A program made the position numbers and the translations under genes. Below the pieces are notes generated by a model. The model saw nothing but the letters and a program-made list of their open reading frames with translations. It ran no database searches and was not told where the DNA came from. 64,000 bases of DNA from a virus (Duplodnaviria; Caudoviricetes): positions 21,100-85,099 of the IMG/VR virus record IMGVR_UViG_3300047561_001970, one strand, 5' to 3'. Below, one piece after another: positions 20,101 to 30,884 of the stretch (positions within the stretch are counted from its first letter, which is position 1; each line of letters opens with the position of its first letter).

Positions 20101-21933
20101 GAGACTTTCAACGCAACTATTCAAACATATTCATATATGCTAACAGTTACAGCTGTGTCAGGTGATACCTTTGCAGGGATTGTAGACCCACCATTCACAT
20201 CATTGGATTATACTCTTTCAGCGGCAATATATCTTTATCCATATGCAGATTACAAAAATTTTACTGCTCCTATTAATTGTGATATCATACGTCCAACTTA
20301 CCCTGATCCAAGTGTTCTTAAATTTGTATTTAATTCACCTGTGTCAGCTGTTGAAAGTGTGCCCTTTTGTAGCAATCCTCAAAGTATATATAGAGATGTA
20401 TATATTACTAAAACAGGATCTGGTAGTGGTGTAGTAATAACAGATCCATATTGTATAGATTGTGGAAATATTTGCTTCAACCAATTTCCTTATAGTAGCA
20501 CTGTCTCCATTATAGCCTCTGCTGATACTGTTAGCGAATTTGGCGGTTGGGTTGGTGGACCATGTGATGGGTCGATATTTGCTGATTGTTCATTTAACAT
20601 TACAACTAATCAAATCATAACAGCTGTGTTTAATGCTATTCCGTTTTATACTATTGGAGCATATTCACTGGGATATTATGTAACTCCAGATTACCTTATT
20701 AACGTGGGCAGAGTAACATCAACTGATGGTATCATAAGCACACCTACTGCTTTCTCTCATTCTTATAGACGCAATACTAATGTATCCTTATCATGCCAAC
20801 CTGCAATATCAGGATGGTGGTTCATAGGTTGGGATGGCGGTCCCTGTGCAGGTATATCCGATAGATATATTTGCTCGTTTTCTGTAACAGAGCCGAATAG
20901 TGTGTCTGCGTTTTATGTACGGTATTATGATTACAATGTAACTGTGAATACAGTTACAACAGCAAGCGATCTAATAGATTATGGTCGTGTTATTTCAAGA
21001 ACTAACTTTGATAATACATATAATATCAATTGTTCGGGAAGAACAATTGGAGGACAAACTGGCACCTGTACGTATCCATTCACAGGCACAGGACAAATCA
21101 ATGGAATCGGCACGTCAGTGACGCTGAGTGCCATACCTGCAAGAGGTTATCAATTCAAAAGATGGACAAATGCCCCATCATATGCAACTACCAACGAAGA
21201 TGCTACATCATTTGTTATAGCCTCTGATGTTTCTTTATCTGCAATATTTGATATTGGATTTTACACCTTGTCCATTATCTTTAGCGGTGGTGGCATTGGT
21301 TATGTGAAGAACGATAACCTGGGCATATATGCTCAAGCTGGTAATCCTAATTTTGCCACTCAGTACAACATACTAAGTGGCACAGTTTTAACATTGTATG
21401 CCTCTGCATTTGCCGGTAATAGTATAATGGGATTATCGAGCAGAAATACAGTATTAGGGTTTGGCATTAGTGCCATACCTATTACAATGAACACAGATGT
21501 TACCATGGTGGCAATATTCAGCGCCGGCTACTTCTACACATTACAAATACAAAGATTTGGTACTAATTGCGGGGTAATATCTAGTGTGCCAGTTAAGATC
21601 AACTGCGGACCAGCCAGTGGCCCTGTTTGCACAGGGGTATTTGCAGCAGGTACACTTGCCTCTGTACAGGCCACTCTTACCAATACATGCCAGGTCAGTG
21701 CTTACTTTGGTGATAGCGTCATATACCCATATGCTGCAGGTGCAGGTATTACATTTACACCGTCAATTACTGCAGAACTAATTGAAACTCAGACTCTTCT
21801 GCTTGGAGATGCTAGCTTGAGCTTAGACACCACAGGTGCGCCATATGCCTCCAGTGGTAGTATAAGAATATCTAACGGAGAAGTACGCATACCAATAACT
21901 ACAAATAGAGTTATTTCCGCGTATCTTTATTAA
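17137..21933 (+). CDS. 1598-aa virion structural protein with several divergent InlB-B-type (bacterial repeat) Ig-like domains
   Basis: Repeated units such as I.KTGSGSG.V...P..IDCG..C...F...S.V...A.A......F.GW.GG.C.G...C.F.....Q.ITA.F from about 20400 to 21900. Confidence 0.65.
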   Translation: MSTNAFKYSILDESQEPLDYYAPVTFLEWFNQQNLINFDINVTFQSYKNYILEWSAYKGKNNTEAQNIIRDSYIQILREIVINFSTEEEKRFINNANFSDPLDLDVILPFFIQKIKSICLFYANTREEIKTAPIQHNLRGSNLGVENLIKKLIFDAARTNQIDYTQYTCSFPPVSAIARGLSVYVEELYDTTDTYYNISPLSATGIFEQYSSSRQSLSTANINSIYPNLYISFKNAIIDAIKQYPFFLRTLGTNNFTINPILSGDELYYLKNRDFISYLSGGTEELKLNVLKMLAPKYVGTDFYYLSTGNTTTDIVSGILFTTRSTTSSPTLNFLNKQYPTTASVPNLNSLYTQYQLGRFFLPQYTGLLIHNTPEKTFDIDTTRITPNTIYAFPDPAVVGNVSYNSNTDTTHVPLAYTINVEWNKINRSNQFAFGDVLSNSYNQLYYGYQSQAQDLQKDISGMSKAVDNIQFWTGDRQGTWANPDIWTGLDQFDSLPLQERQNSLLTGSLTPTYWGSDIFGNEYGVLKNIFPLRALSAIDYDDTSIMPGSNTVILSSQSISLKSTYDRKYTIPGIFYFRGIDSLVAPASAALSAIFIKYPEQVREEMSSAVLYFNMYYDTFVLETANYVIIDSLSYNFDTSKIITNNTTGFYIPKYFTNSKLERFAGEWYSERENTLYVAFLNLLPYLSGSNYKVLYPSIYKTPLTNINVEKIYPSTITSNFSINSYSLSAGFAEPPQINIVEVDGVSFTKSEKKSLFNFTYLAKNLNGMPLFVNEQLKDGDWDRFLETFNPRMFRPYYFVYDNNYYNPSMPYLVKYVGAVGGTMGGQSLKSGYLDVGFKGEPKELTYLFADGIKPVQINNIGTYIVQFDWESYNEVTVFVGCSGFLIKNIGKNLIFNSNALDAVVLDTYGETISEAIAFSTTYATVTSLSVISYYPALTALATILSINTISGQQLDSLPGQPNYGLIPSLYGDYNKWVISTLPNLTLETFNATIQTYSYMLTVTAVSGDTFAGIVDPPFTSLDYTLSAAIYLYPYADYKNFTAPINCDIIRPTYPDPSVLKFVFNSPVSAVESVPFCSNPQSIYRDVYITKTGSGSGVVITDPYCIDCGNICFNQFPYSSTVSIIASADTVSEFGGWVGGPCDGSIFADCSFNITTNQIITAVFNAIPFYTIGAYSLGYYVTPDYLINVGRVTSTDGIISTPTAFSHSYRRNTNVSLSCQPAISGWWFIGWDGGPCAGISDRYICSFSVTEPNSVSAFYVRYYDYNVTVNTVTTASDLIDYGRVISRTNFDNTYNINCSGRTIGGQTGTCTYPFTGTGQINGIGTSVTLSAIPARGYQFKRWTNAPSYATTNEDATSFVIASDVSLSAIFDIGFYTLSIIFSGGGIGYVKNDNLGIYAQAGNPNFATQYNILSGTVLTLYASAFAGNSIMGLSSRNTVLGFGISAIPITMNTDVTMVAIFSAGYFYTLQIQRFGTNCGVISSVPVKINCGPASGPVCTGVFAAGTLASVQATLTNTCQVSAYFGDSVIYPYAAGAGITFTPSITAELIETQTLLLGDASLSLDTTGAPYASSGSIRISNGEVRIPITTNRVISAYLY

Positions 21934-21935
21934 TG

Positions 21936-21943
21936 ATTAAATA
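21936..21943 (+). promoter_or_regulatory. Late promoter variant ATTAAATA
   Basis: 4 nt before ATG 21948. Confidence 0.55.
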
Positions 21944-21947
21944 ATAT

Positions 21948-23909
21948 ATGAATACCCCAGAAACTGATAAAAATATAGCGATTTATAATAATCAGCCTCT
22001 GGATAGTTTTTCTGATACTATTATTTCCTTCGAATATGCAAGATACAACCCACAACAGTCACCAACTGGTGGATTCGCTGTGGTTTTTTTTGATAGCATC
22101 ATAGATATGCCTCGGGACGGGGGACCGGGACAAAGTCTTGGATACACATCTTCAAGCAGATCATCTGATTCTTGCAGGTTAAACGGTTATAGCGGAATAC
22201 AAGGCGCAATTCTGGGTATTGGTTTTGATTCTTCAGGTAGATTTGCACTTGCCACAGACATGGTTGATGGTATAGCCCTATCTGCCCTCAAACCACAACC
22301 TAGCATCATTGTACGCGATGGCATTCAAAACAATTTTAATCTTCTCTATAATTTAGCAGATTCTAAAAATATTGTTGATGTGCCTGGTCTTGAGACTTTT
22401 ACCATTGATCAACAAGTAAGTGCCGTGGATGATGACAATTACAGATCTGTTCGTGTAATTGTCAGCAAGCAATTTGAAGATGTGAGAGTCCAGCTTAAAC
22501 AGAATCCTAGAGAAAAAGATTTTATTGATGTCTTAAGAATTACTAGACCAAGTATGAAAAGAAAGACGTTCAAGGTGGCATTAACAAACACGACTGACGA
22601 TAACACAACAAAATTCTTGATAAGAAATTTTAATATTGCAGGATTCCCGGGAGTCGAGCGGCCATTAGATCTCATATCATCTTGTGATCAGATAATAGAG
22701 CTAGACAATCACAGTCCTTCAAGCAAGCTTGGCATGGGTCAAGAATTTATTGCAGTACCTGTGGGTCGAAAGCTGGAAAACTTTACAACAGATTTAAATA
22801 GCTACAGACTTCAGAATACCATATATACAGGCGCTGGTATTACTCTGCTGGGACAAGATGACACAACAATTGTTGGTAGGCTCAATGGCACAAGTAATGC
22901 TGTGTTACTAGAATACCTGGGGCAAAAGCTTGTTAGAGTCAATACCATACCTACTCCAGATAACTCAACACCTGTGTCTGCAGATATTGATGGAAATACA
23001 TTGGTAATATGCACACAAGCTGATGAAGATCTTGGTACAGTTGGTGGTATTTTTATCTATACCTACATTGAGACTAGTGATAATCCAACAATTATTGGCA
23101 CCTGGGGGCTATATCAAACCATACTCCCATCCTTTGTGCTATCTGGCACAGGTTTAGGCATAAGTACTCAACTCTACGGTGACAATTTAATAGTTGGAAA
23201 TTCAAATCAATATGTGCATGCGTTTCAGCGTGATCCAACAAGCACTTGGGGGTATTTACAAACTATTGTCTCGCCAGTATCTGGTGTAAGTCGATTTGGG
23301 TACACCACAAGTCTTTATGGCAGAGATTTAATGATAGGTGCTTCAGTTGCTCAAAAACCATCATTTTCCAATGTAGGTCAAGGCGAAGTGTATCATTATT
23401 ATCTCTCTACAACCACAAATAATTGGAATAAAATCATGGGATTGGGTGAGTTTTATGCTATTAATAGTGTGGCAGGAAATTTTGGTACAGATATTTGCCT
23501 CAATAACAATGTATGCGTGGTGGGTGCACCTGGAGAGGCTTACCTGGCTCCTGATGATACATATGAAGCAGTTAATGTGGGGCGGGTATATGTATTTCGA
23601 AAATCTGATGACGGTATTTTTACTCAAGCAACTACTATTGCACCAGCTTCTAGTTTTAGGGAAAAATATATGTTTTTTGGACAATCCGTTAATGCATACG
23701 GTAGCTTCATTTCTGTAGTTGCCCCATATACTCAGAAGTATACCAAATCGTATCTATGCGTTTATAACACAGACTGCTTATTTAACGCACCACCAGCTCA
23801 TTTGACAATTCCTGACTGCGCCATATCTATTATAGATCAGAGTGGATATGTTATTGACCTGGAAAACAACACATATATGCTTAATTTAAGCTGCTTACTT
23901 AGCCCATGA
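21948..23909 (+). CDS. L-type (legume) lectin-like domain plus FG-GAP-like beta-propeller; putative receptor-binding appendage
   Basis: GGFAVVFFD...GGPGQSLGY...AILGIGFD (L-lectin); FGYTTSL...LMIGA, FGTDI...VVGAPGE, VGRVYVF, FFGQSV (FG-GAP). Confidence 0.65.
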   Translation: MNTPETDKNIAIYNNQPLDSFSDTIISFEYARYNPQQSPTGGFAVVFFDSIIDMPRDGGPGQSLGYTSSSRSSDSCRLNGYSGIQGAILGIGFDSSGRFALATDMVDGIALSALKPQPSIIVRDGIQNNFNLLYNLADSKNIVDVPGLETFTIDQQVSAVDDDNYRSVRVIVSKQFEDVRVQLKQNPREKDFIDVLRITRPSMKRKTFKVALTNTTDDNTTKFLIRNFNIAGFPGVERPLDLISSCDQIIELDNHSPSSKLGMGQEFIAVPVGRKLENFTTDLNSYRLQNTIYTGAGITLLGQDDTTIVGRLNGTSNAVLLEYLGQKLVRVNTIPTPDNSTPVSADIDGNTLVICTQADEDLGTVGGIFIYTYIETSDNPTIIGTWGLYQTILPSFVLSGTGLGISTQLYGDNLIVGNSNQYVHAFQRDPTSTWGYLQTIVSPVSGVSRFGYTTSLYGRDLMIGASVAQKPSFSNVGQGEVYHYYLSTTTNNWNKIMGLGEFYAINSVAGNFGTDICLNNNVCVVGAPGEAYLAPDDTYEAVNVGRVYVFRKSDDGIFTQATTIAPASSFREKYMFFGQSVNAYGSFISVVAPYTQKYTKSYLCVYNTDCLFNAPPAHLTIPDCAISIIDQSGYVIDLENNTYMLNLSCLLSP

Positions 23910-24880
23910 ATACCGAAGCTAACATATACATAACGTCGGCGTCAATATCTGCTCTGGGATACTGTAATTATCTAGATCATTATATTTTTAAAGATCCAAT
24001 AAGTGGTGTAAATATTTTTTATCCATTAACTGCCTATGGTGGTCCATTATCTGCATCCGGTGGTGTTACTTTTGACAGCGTCACATCTGGTGGCCCAATG
24101 TATGATGTATGCTTCCAGGACTACTGCTATAAAACTTACCAGGTTGGTACATTTAAATTATTTTGCAATACTACAGTTAATTTCAGATTAAGCGGCATCG
24201 ATGAAACTGATTCCCGTGTTATTAAAGTAATATACAATTTTGGTGATGGTAGTGACATGTATGAAGTTGATCTTTCAACAATTAATGGGGTAGTGTATTC
24301 TCCAATTAATACAGTTGTTAGCAGGACCTATTACCCAACAAACACACTGGTTACAACATACACACCAACAATAAGTGTCATACGAAATGATTGCTGTATT
24401 AATACATATACCCTAACATTGAGCACATTCCGGTGTGGTATTTTAGATATATATGAGGATGTTGTGTTGCTTAATGCGCAACAGACTGCTGGGTTTGATA
24501 TAATTCTTACATTAGAGAAGAAGAATGATAGGCAGATCTTTAAAAACGCACTCAATATTAATGATCTTGAATTTGTTGTACCAGCATTATCTACACTGCC
24601 TAATTTAGTGGAACCAGTACCACCCACGCGAAACAAACCACGCGTAGATGCGCTAGTTCCAAAGCAATTCGATCAACCTGTGCAAGAGAACCCAGTAATA
24701 GCTCCAGAAATAGGATACAATTATATTGAAGGTGAGGGCATTGACCTGGTGCCAAATTATATTCAATTAGTTCCATCTGAAGATCTAATACCGTTAAATG
24801 ATATTACATCAGGAGTAACTATCAGTGGAGATGGTCCACCATACTTTGCTGCTGAAGGCATTGATATTCGGTATACCTAA
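23906..24880 (+). CDS. PKD-like domain virion protein
   Basis: VIKVIYNFGDGS...RTYYP; ATGA-coupled to the previous gene. Confidence 0.55.
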   Translation: MNTEANIYITSASISALGYCNYLDHYIFKDPISGVNIFYPLTAYGGPLSASGGVTFDSVTSGGPMYDVCFQDYCYKTYQVGTFKLFCNTTVNFRLSGIDETDSRVIKVIYNFGDGSDMYEVDLSTINGVVYSPINTVVSRTYYPTNTLVTTYTPTISVIRNDCCINTYTLTLSTFRCGILDIYEDVVLLNAQQTAGFDIILTLEKKNDRQIFKNALNINDLEFVVPALSTLPNLVEPVPPTRNKPRVDALVPKQFDQPVQENPVIAPEIGYNYIEGEGIDLVPNYIQLVPSEDLIPLNDITSGVTISGDGPPYFAAEGIDIRYT

Positions 24881-24886
24881 TAACTG

Positions 24887-24894
24887 GATAAATA
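24887..24894 (+). promoter_or_regulatory. Late promoter GATAAATA
   Basis: 4 nt before ATG 24899. Confidence 0.65.
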
Positions 24895-24898
24895 ATAT

Positions 24899-27800
24899 AT
24901 GCTCACCAGTTTTGTAACACCAAGTAATTATAAAGGATTGAGTGCATCCTATATATATGATAATCAAATAGATTTCACTAATAAGAGTATAGGCATCGAT
25001 GGTAATCTATCTACTTTTTTTTCTCCTATTTTCTTAGAAACACATGACTTTAATAACAACAATTATAGCTTTCTACATTTGACAAAGCCTTTGAATTTAG
25101 CTTCAATTACAGATTTTAAGACGCCAGAGAAACTCAATAATGTGTTATTTGGTACCATATACAACCCTGTTAACGGTGTAAACAGGTATTTAAATCTTAC
25201 AAACATACCCACAGTTACACCTACAGGGTTGTCACAACTATCCTACACACAATCCATGGTTGTGACGCTATCCGGTATTGTAAACAATTGTATTTTTGAA
25301 ATAGATATGGTTAGCCCATACTCTGCTACTATATCTCACCTTACAACTAGAAACCATCTTTACTACTTGTCGTTTAACCCCAGCTCATTAAGTTTAGATT
25401 TTCTGGTGTTGAGTGCGTTTAGCGCCTCTAACGATTATACAAGAAAGTTTGTGTACACTTTTGATAAAGACACAGGACAACTTACTCTGCAGGTAAGAAT
25501 CAGAGGATTTGCATACTATGTTATATATGATGATAACAATCAAAAATTATCTCTATCCAGTACAAGCGATATTGCATTTAATAGTGCAAAAAAAGTCTTT
25601 TATGTGGATTTTTTTGATGTGCCTACTGCCCCAGAGATTACTAATGATTGGGGTACATATAAAACTGGATTTAATCAAAATAATTTAAATATAAATGTTG
25701 CAGATAGTTTTTTTGGTATAGATAATAACTTCTTAATACATAGTGAGTATGAAAATCTTCAAGGATCTACATTAAAAACTAATATCCTAACCTTAAAGAA
25801 TCAACTTAATATAAAGAATCAGCAAGGCAGAGGCAATGTGTTTATTAATGAAAATTCAACTTTTTACAGAAATTATAATACCATTTTTTCAGGAAGACGA
25901 CAGGAGCAAGGATATGAAAAACTTCACTTCCAGTATGATTGTTATTCAACACCGCTTATCTTTAATCAAGGCAAAACAACATGGTTTCATACACCACAAA
26001 ATATGTATCCTTATAAAAGACTTAATATTAAATCATCAAAATTAGTGGAGGCAGGTGCAGTTGCAGGTAACCACCCATTAAAAAGTGATAAAGTTTTTAA
26101 AAAGCAAGCCAATTACAAGTATACAAGTAATCAAGGTGATGCTACAGGCGAGCAAACTGGTCAATGGCTCTGCAGCTGGCTTTCTGGTGGTAATGATAAA
26201 AATGTAAGGCCTGTGTGGGTGGATAGATACTACACACCAACAAAAAATACAGCATTTCAAGCGTTATGTGCTATTGATGGCAATGTAACTTATATTACAT
26301 CTTTTGATGGGTATAATTTAAAGACTGGTATTGTTGATACACCATCAAGTTTAACTCTAGAACCAGGATGCTGGTATGCTTACTCTCGCTTTGGAAAAAT
26401 CGATGCTATCAATAATATTAATAGTATATCAAAGACGTTGAAACAGAAAAATTTCACATATTACTCAATATGGAATGGAACTAATGTTGATCCTGATATA
26501 GATGACAATCTTACTTCATACACTTTTGATGGTCGTCGCTATAGTTACTTTGATGTTAACAATATTGCGTTAGATACTAATACGTTTACAATGACGTTAT
26601 GGGCAAATAGTTCTGACTGGACTAAGCCTCTTGGTTATGAAATTTTTGGTAATTATAATGACTATGGTCTTGGAATTTTCAACTACTCTCAAGTGACCCC
26701 GTTGCTATTTTACGGTCAAAATGGCGCTCTTGCCGCGTATAATGCTGACCTGGATCTAGTGGATACATATGATACTGCTCTATCCACTTTTGGCAATATT
26801 GATTTTGTTCTTCGTCGTGATGCTCTTAACTCCTTTCACGTTATTACTGATAAAATGCAGGTCGTAGAATATGATATACGTGAAACTATTATTGATGCAA
26901 CCCCTGCCCTTTCAAGCTCCAGGTATTCTATAATACATGCTTCCAATGATGAAGCTCGTGGCTATGTTTTATATTCTGATAAGAGTCTAAGCGCAATAGA
27001 TTTAACATCAAATCTTGTGTACCCGACATCTGCAGATCTAATTATAGGCAAACCTATTGACGCGCTGCAGGTGTCCAGGTTGTTGGATGGTAGAATTATT
27101 TTAGTAGACGGTACAAACAGTGTTGTTAGAAGTGATGGTTTGTTCTTCCTTAGTTCAGGCATTATATGCAAGTACAACACAACAACAAGCCAGCTCTGCA
27201 CAGTTGCTGGTACCAGAGGTACCTTTTCGTTTTTTAATATAGATAGAGATAATAACCTATGGGCTGGGGATAGTAATTTTATAGCAGTCTACGGCCCATA
27301 TCAAAATCTTACCTTCACTACTACACTCACGACAGCTTCAGCTTTTTCTACAAAACCTATTTACATACAAAACCTCACTTTTATAGAAAATTTTTATAAC
27401 GGTGAACTGGAGAAGTCGGTACTGGTGACAGCGAGCGGTTCAGATATTACTAAAGCAGTAGGGTTAAAGCTAGACTATAACGGCAACGTGATAGATACTA
27501 GTTTTATTAACGTCAACGGCAATTATAACCCAAAATTTGAGCCCTGTAATCATAATTTTAATTATTCTTATTTGAAGTACCGGTATGGTACAGGAGTCTT
27601 AACGTTTAAGACTAGATTATACAATCAATTCAACACAGAAGATATAACAATTCCTTCTATAACTGTTGAAGGTCGTGATTTAGATAGCGGCTACCATCAC
27701 TTTGCTATTGCTCTAAACCCTCCTGCAGGTACATTAAAGCTTTATCTAGATGGAGAATTATATGGTACATCGTTATTTGAACCAAACAAATATAATTTTA

Positions 27801-28312
27801 CACCTCTCTTGACAGATAGAATATTTGCTGGTGCAACTCCTTATTACAATGGCTTACTCTTGAGCGATTATCTTGATAGAGCAAAAAACATAAAAACAAG
27901 CTACTACGTAAAAGATTTTGAAATACAGAATTTTTACTTATATAATAAAGAGCTTGATTATTTTGATATTGGTATGCATTATAAAGAGCGTGTTGTACCT
28001 GGTGATCTGACGTTCGACATGCCTTCAGGTCGACGTAATTTCTTCGATGTAGCATCTCGCTATTTCAAGCAAGGTGTTCCTGGAGCTAAGAGTACTCTTT
28101 ATAATATCTTTATAAATGACAACGTACTCGATAGCACTTGCCGTGATAGATTGAATGTTGCTATTATCAATAAAATAAAAGATATAACACCTGCATACTC
28201 AAGGCTTAATGATCTTAAATGGATAACAACACTTCCAAGTCAAAGTGCAACATATTTACAGCCATATTTTCCAGGTAACACACTAACTAATGCAGGGAGA
28301 CGAAATGAATAG
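24899..28312 (+). CDS. 1137-aa virion protein with LamG/concanavalin-A-like domains and propeller segment
   Basis: FTMTLWANSSDW and GYHHFAIALN...GTLKLYLDGELY are LamG-like strands. Confidence 0.6.
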   Translation: MLTSFVTPSNYKGLSASYIYDNQIDFTNKSIGIDGNLSTFFSPIFLETHDFNNNNYSFLHLTKPLNLASITDFKTPEKLNNVLFGTIYNPVNGVNRYLNLTNIPTVTPTGLSQLSYTQSMVVTLSGIVNNCIFEIDMVSPYSATISHLTTRNHLYYLSFNPSSLSLDFLVLSAFSASNDYTRKFVYTFDKDTGQLTLQVRIRGFAYYVIYDDNNQKLSLSSTSDIAFNSAKKVFYVDFFDVPTAPEITNDWGTYKTGFNQNNLNINVADSFFGIDNNFLIHSEYENLQGSTLKTNILTLKNQLNIKNQQGRGNVFINENSTFYRNYNTIFSGRRQEQGYEKLHFQYDCYSTPLIFNQGKTTWFHTPQNMYPYKRLNIKSSKLVEAGAVAGNHPLKSDKVFKKQANYKYTSNQGDATGEQTGQWLCSWLSGGNDKNVRPVWVDRYYTPTKNTAFQALCAIDGNVTYITSFDGYNLKTGIVDTPSSLTLEPGCWYAYSRFGKIDAINNINSISKTLKQKNFTYYSIWNGTNVDPDIDDNLTSYTFDGRRYSYFDVNNIALDTNTFTMTLWANSSDWTKPLGYEIFGNYNDYGLGIFNYSQVTPLLFYGQNGALAAYNADLDLVDTYDTALSTFGNIDFVLRRDALNSFHVITDKMQVVEYDIRETIIDATPALSSSRYSIIHASNDEARGYVLYSDKSLSAIDLTSNLVYPTSADLIIGKPIDALQVSRLLDGRIILVDGTNSVVRSDGLFFLSSGIICKYNTTTSQLCTVAGTRGTFSFFNIDRDNNLWAGDSNFIAVYGPYQNLTFTTTLTTASAFSTKPIYIQNLTFIENFYNGELEKSVLVTASGSDITKAVGLKLDYNGNVIDTSFINVNGNYNPKFEPCNHNFNYSYLKYRYGTGVLTFKTRLYNQFNTEDITIPSITVEGRDLDSGYHHFAIALNPPAGTLKLYLDGELYGTSLFEPNKYNFTPLLTDRIFAGATPYYNGLLLSDYLDRAKNIKTSYYVKDFEIQNFYLYNKELDYFDIGMHYKERVVPGDLTFDMPSGRRNFFDVASRYFKQGVPGAKSTLYNIFINDNVLDSTCRDRLNVAIINKIKDITPAYSRLNDLKWITTLPSQSATYLQPYFPGNTLTNAGRRNE

Positions 28313-30122
28313 CATTACAAATGAATTTGCAAAATATGGCTTGGCGTTTGATCGTTCGGTTGATGATGTTATTAGCTTACCGTTTACCTATGAACAGATA
28401 GAGCTTCAACCAAATGAATTGGCTGTAGCAAACACTTTAAACATTAAGCTTGAGAAATTATATTTTAATCTCTTATACCTTTACAAGTTATGTAATGTGG
28501 CAGGGTATAGTATACCAAGAATTTATTCTGGTTGGTTTGGACTTACTGGTACTAACGCCATGAGAACTTCTGCTTTTGAGTTTAAATTATTCTCACCTGC
28601 GGTATCTCTATCTAGCGCTGTGAGTTTTGTCAGTGGTGGAAATAGGTACGCTTCTGTTAATGACAGTGTTTTAGCTTTGTCCTATATTGCACCTACATTT
28701 AATTCCCCTATACTAATTACTGCTAGCCCTACCACTCTATCAATCCTGCCTTTTTACGGTCAATATTCTAACCCTGTATTTGTGGACGGCAGTTCTTTTG
28801 TAGTTACACAGCGTAACATAGATCCACTCTCTGGTAGTCTTCAATTTAATAATATTACCGGTATAGCTATAGATGCAGCTGAGGATATTCTCTTTGTAGC
28901 TGATCAAAATCTCAATAATATTTACACTTACGATATAAGTGATACAATTTTTAGACAAACACAAAAATTTTATTTAACGAATTACATTGGTGGTAAAGGA
29001 TCATCAATTGATCATACCAAATTTAACTCTTTAAATAAAATCGCCTATACTGGAGAAATTCTATTTGCAGAAGATACTGGTAATAAATGTATCAAGGCAT
29101 ATGATAAGAATTTAAATTGGCTCAATACCACAGTACTAAGAACCCTTTTTGAGAGTGCAGGTCAATTCAATACAATGACATATAATAGCCGCGATAATCA
29201 GCTATTTGCCTGCAATAACAAAGCGTTATATGTGATGAATATAACTTCAGATTATACTGTTTTATCTGCAGTATCTTATGATTTTTCAGGTATCGTCCTA
29301 GGCAGCGACAGGATTATTGATTTGAAGTTCGCTAGTTATGATTCACGAATTTTTTATATACTGACAGCAAACGGTAGCATGATTAAGAAGTGGACAACTA
29401 AGCCAAATTCCACAATTGGTATATCTAATCAATCTGGAACCAGCAAATGGCTTACAACTGTTCCAAACCTATCAACAGATCAGATTCTTTGGTACGCTAA
29501 TACTGCTATGCTATCAAGCGGTAGAATTCTGCTGTATGAGGATGGCTTGAATCTTCTATCTCTGCAACGAGATGAAGATTTTTCCATTTATACATTAGAA
29601 GATATTTCTATTAATAAAAATGAATACAATCAAGCATGGGTATATAATAAAGCGTTCAAAAAGCTTCTGTATAACACTATATTATTAAATAGCAATACAG
29701 GTTATAGATTTTTTGAAGGAAAAACCACTACCGGCCTTACAACCTATGTTTCCAAGCAGTATAATACATTTTTTCTAACAGATACTGTTCTGGATGTTAA
29801 TACGTTTGCAAACGTTTGCATAAATGAAAATTTTCAAGGAGCCACAATCAATAGAAGTCTGCAAAGAATATATGACTATCAAGCCCAAATTCTCTCTTCA
29901 ATCATTAATCAGGGTAACGTTGCAGCAAATTTACTACCGAAATCAGTCACTAGTAATAATATTATGTTTGACTTTACAATATATTACCAAGGTGATGGTA
30001 TAAAAATAAATCCATCAGTGTTTAAGGCTTATAGTAATACTGATGGTTTTGTTAATAATAGCGGCATATCAATCTCTAATCTTGCACCTTATACCAGTGG
30101 GTCGGGCATAATTATTATATAA
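28305..30122 (+). CDS. Beta-propeller (NHL-like) virion protein
   Basis: GIAIDAAEDILFVADQN, ILFAEDTGNKCIKAYD repeats. Start at ATG 28305 with GGAG at 28296-28299. Confidence 0.6.
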   Translation: MNSITNEFAKYGLAFDRSVDDVISLPFTYEQIELQPNELAVANTLNIKLEKLYFNLLYLYKLCNVAGYSIPRIYSGWFGLTGTNAMRTSAFEFKLFSPAVSLSSAVSFVSGGNRYASVNDSVLALSYIAPTFNSPILITASPTTLSILPFYGQYSNPVFVDGSSFVVTQRNIDPLSGSLQFNNITGIAIDAAEDILFVADQNLNNIYTYDISDTIFRQTQKFYLTNYIGGKGSSIDHTKFNSLNKIAYTGEILFAEDTGNKCIKAYDKNLNWLNTTVLRTLFESAGQFNTMTYNSRDNQLFACNNKALYVMNITSDYTVLSAVSYDFSGIVLGSDRIIDLKFASYDSRIFYILTANGSMIKKWTTKPNSTIGISNQSGTSKWLTTVPNLSTDQILWYANTAMLSSGRILLYEDGLNLLSLQRDEDFSIYTLEDISINKNEYNQAWVYNKAFKKLLYNTILLNSNTGYRFFEGKTTTGLTTYVSKQYNTFFLTDTVLDVNTFANVCINENFQGATINRSLQRIYDYQAQILSSIINQGNVAANLLPKSVTSNNIMFDFTIYYQGDGIKINPSVFKAYSNTDGFVNNSGISISNLAPYTSGSGIIII

Positions 30123-30128
30123 GGCTTT

Positions 30129-30884
30129 ATGGCAGGAACATTCAAATTTCATAGTAAGCTGCACCGTGCAAGTCACCACAGCTCTCCATCCATAACTATA
30201 CCTGATTCTAACACTGATCCCATTGCTTCACAACAACTACCATTCAACGGTATTTTTTATACTATATTAACAGATAATGCTGGTTCCTTCAGTATACCCA
30301 CCAATAGTTTTGAATGGTGGTCCACATACAGTACTGTGAATACTCTTTCTGGCAATTGGGCAAATACCCGCTCCATGTACACAACAATCAACACACTCTC
30401 CAACAATTGGAATAGCGCTTATGTGGCTTCCACGGTGTTCCGGGCAAATAGTGCAGAGTACGAATCTGTTTATACCACTGTTAGTGCATTTAGTGCACAA
30501 TGGAATTTTCCAGGTGTCATGTACCTGGGTGTTGCACAAGAATATACTGCTTCCAAGACATTTAGTGGCACAAATCTGGCCAATAACGATTCCCCTCTCA
30601 CGCTATCTTGGGATTTGGATACAAATCAATGCACTTTTTTGACTATGACAAACAGCTTTGTTGTATCAAATCCTCTCAACATGAAAAAAGGTGGCACATA
30701 CGTTTTAACATGCTTACAGACCAGTGTAGGTGGCAATGACGCCATTTTTGATACATCGTACCGTTTTAATGATACGCCACTTCAATCTGGTATAATAGAT
30801 TTGACACCAAACCGTAGAACCGTCATAACTTTTGTCAGTGATGGAGTCTTAATGTATGGAGATGTAACCAAATACCTTGAATGA
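30129..30884 (+). CDS. Short fibre-type virion protein (His-rich N-motif, W/Y coiled stalk, small C-terminal beta domain)
   Basis: FHSKLHRASHHS...DPIA; repeated W.S.Y.TV..LS..W; WDL...Q...L......V.NP.N.K.GG.Y.L...Q...GG. Confidence 0.6.
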   Translation: MAGTFKFHSKLHRASHHSSPSITIPDSNTDPIASQQLPFNGIFYTILTDNAGSFSIPTNSFEWWSTYSTVNTLSGNWANTRSMYTTINTLSNNWNSAYVASTVFRANSAEYESVYTTVSAFSAQWNFPGVMYLGVAQEYTASKTFSGTNLANNDSPLTLSWDLDTNQCTFLTMTNSFVVSNPLNMKKGGTYVLTCLQTSVGGNDAIFDTSYRFNDTPLQSGIIDLTPNRRTVITFVSDGVLMYGDVTKYLE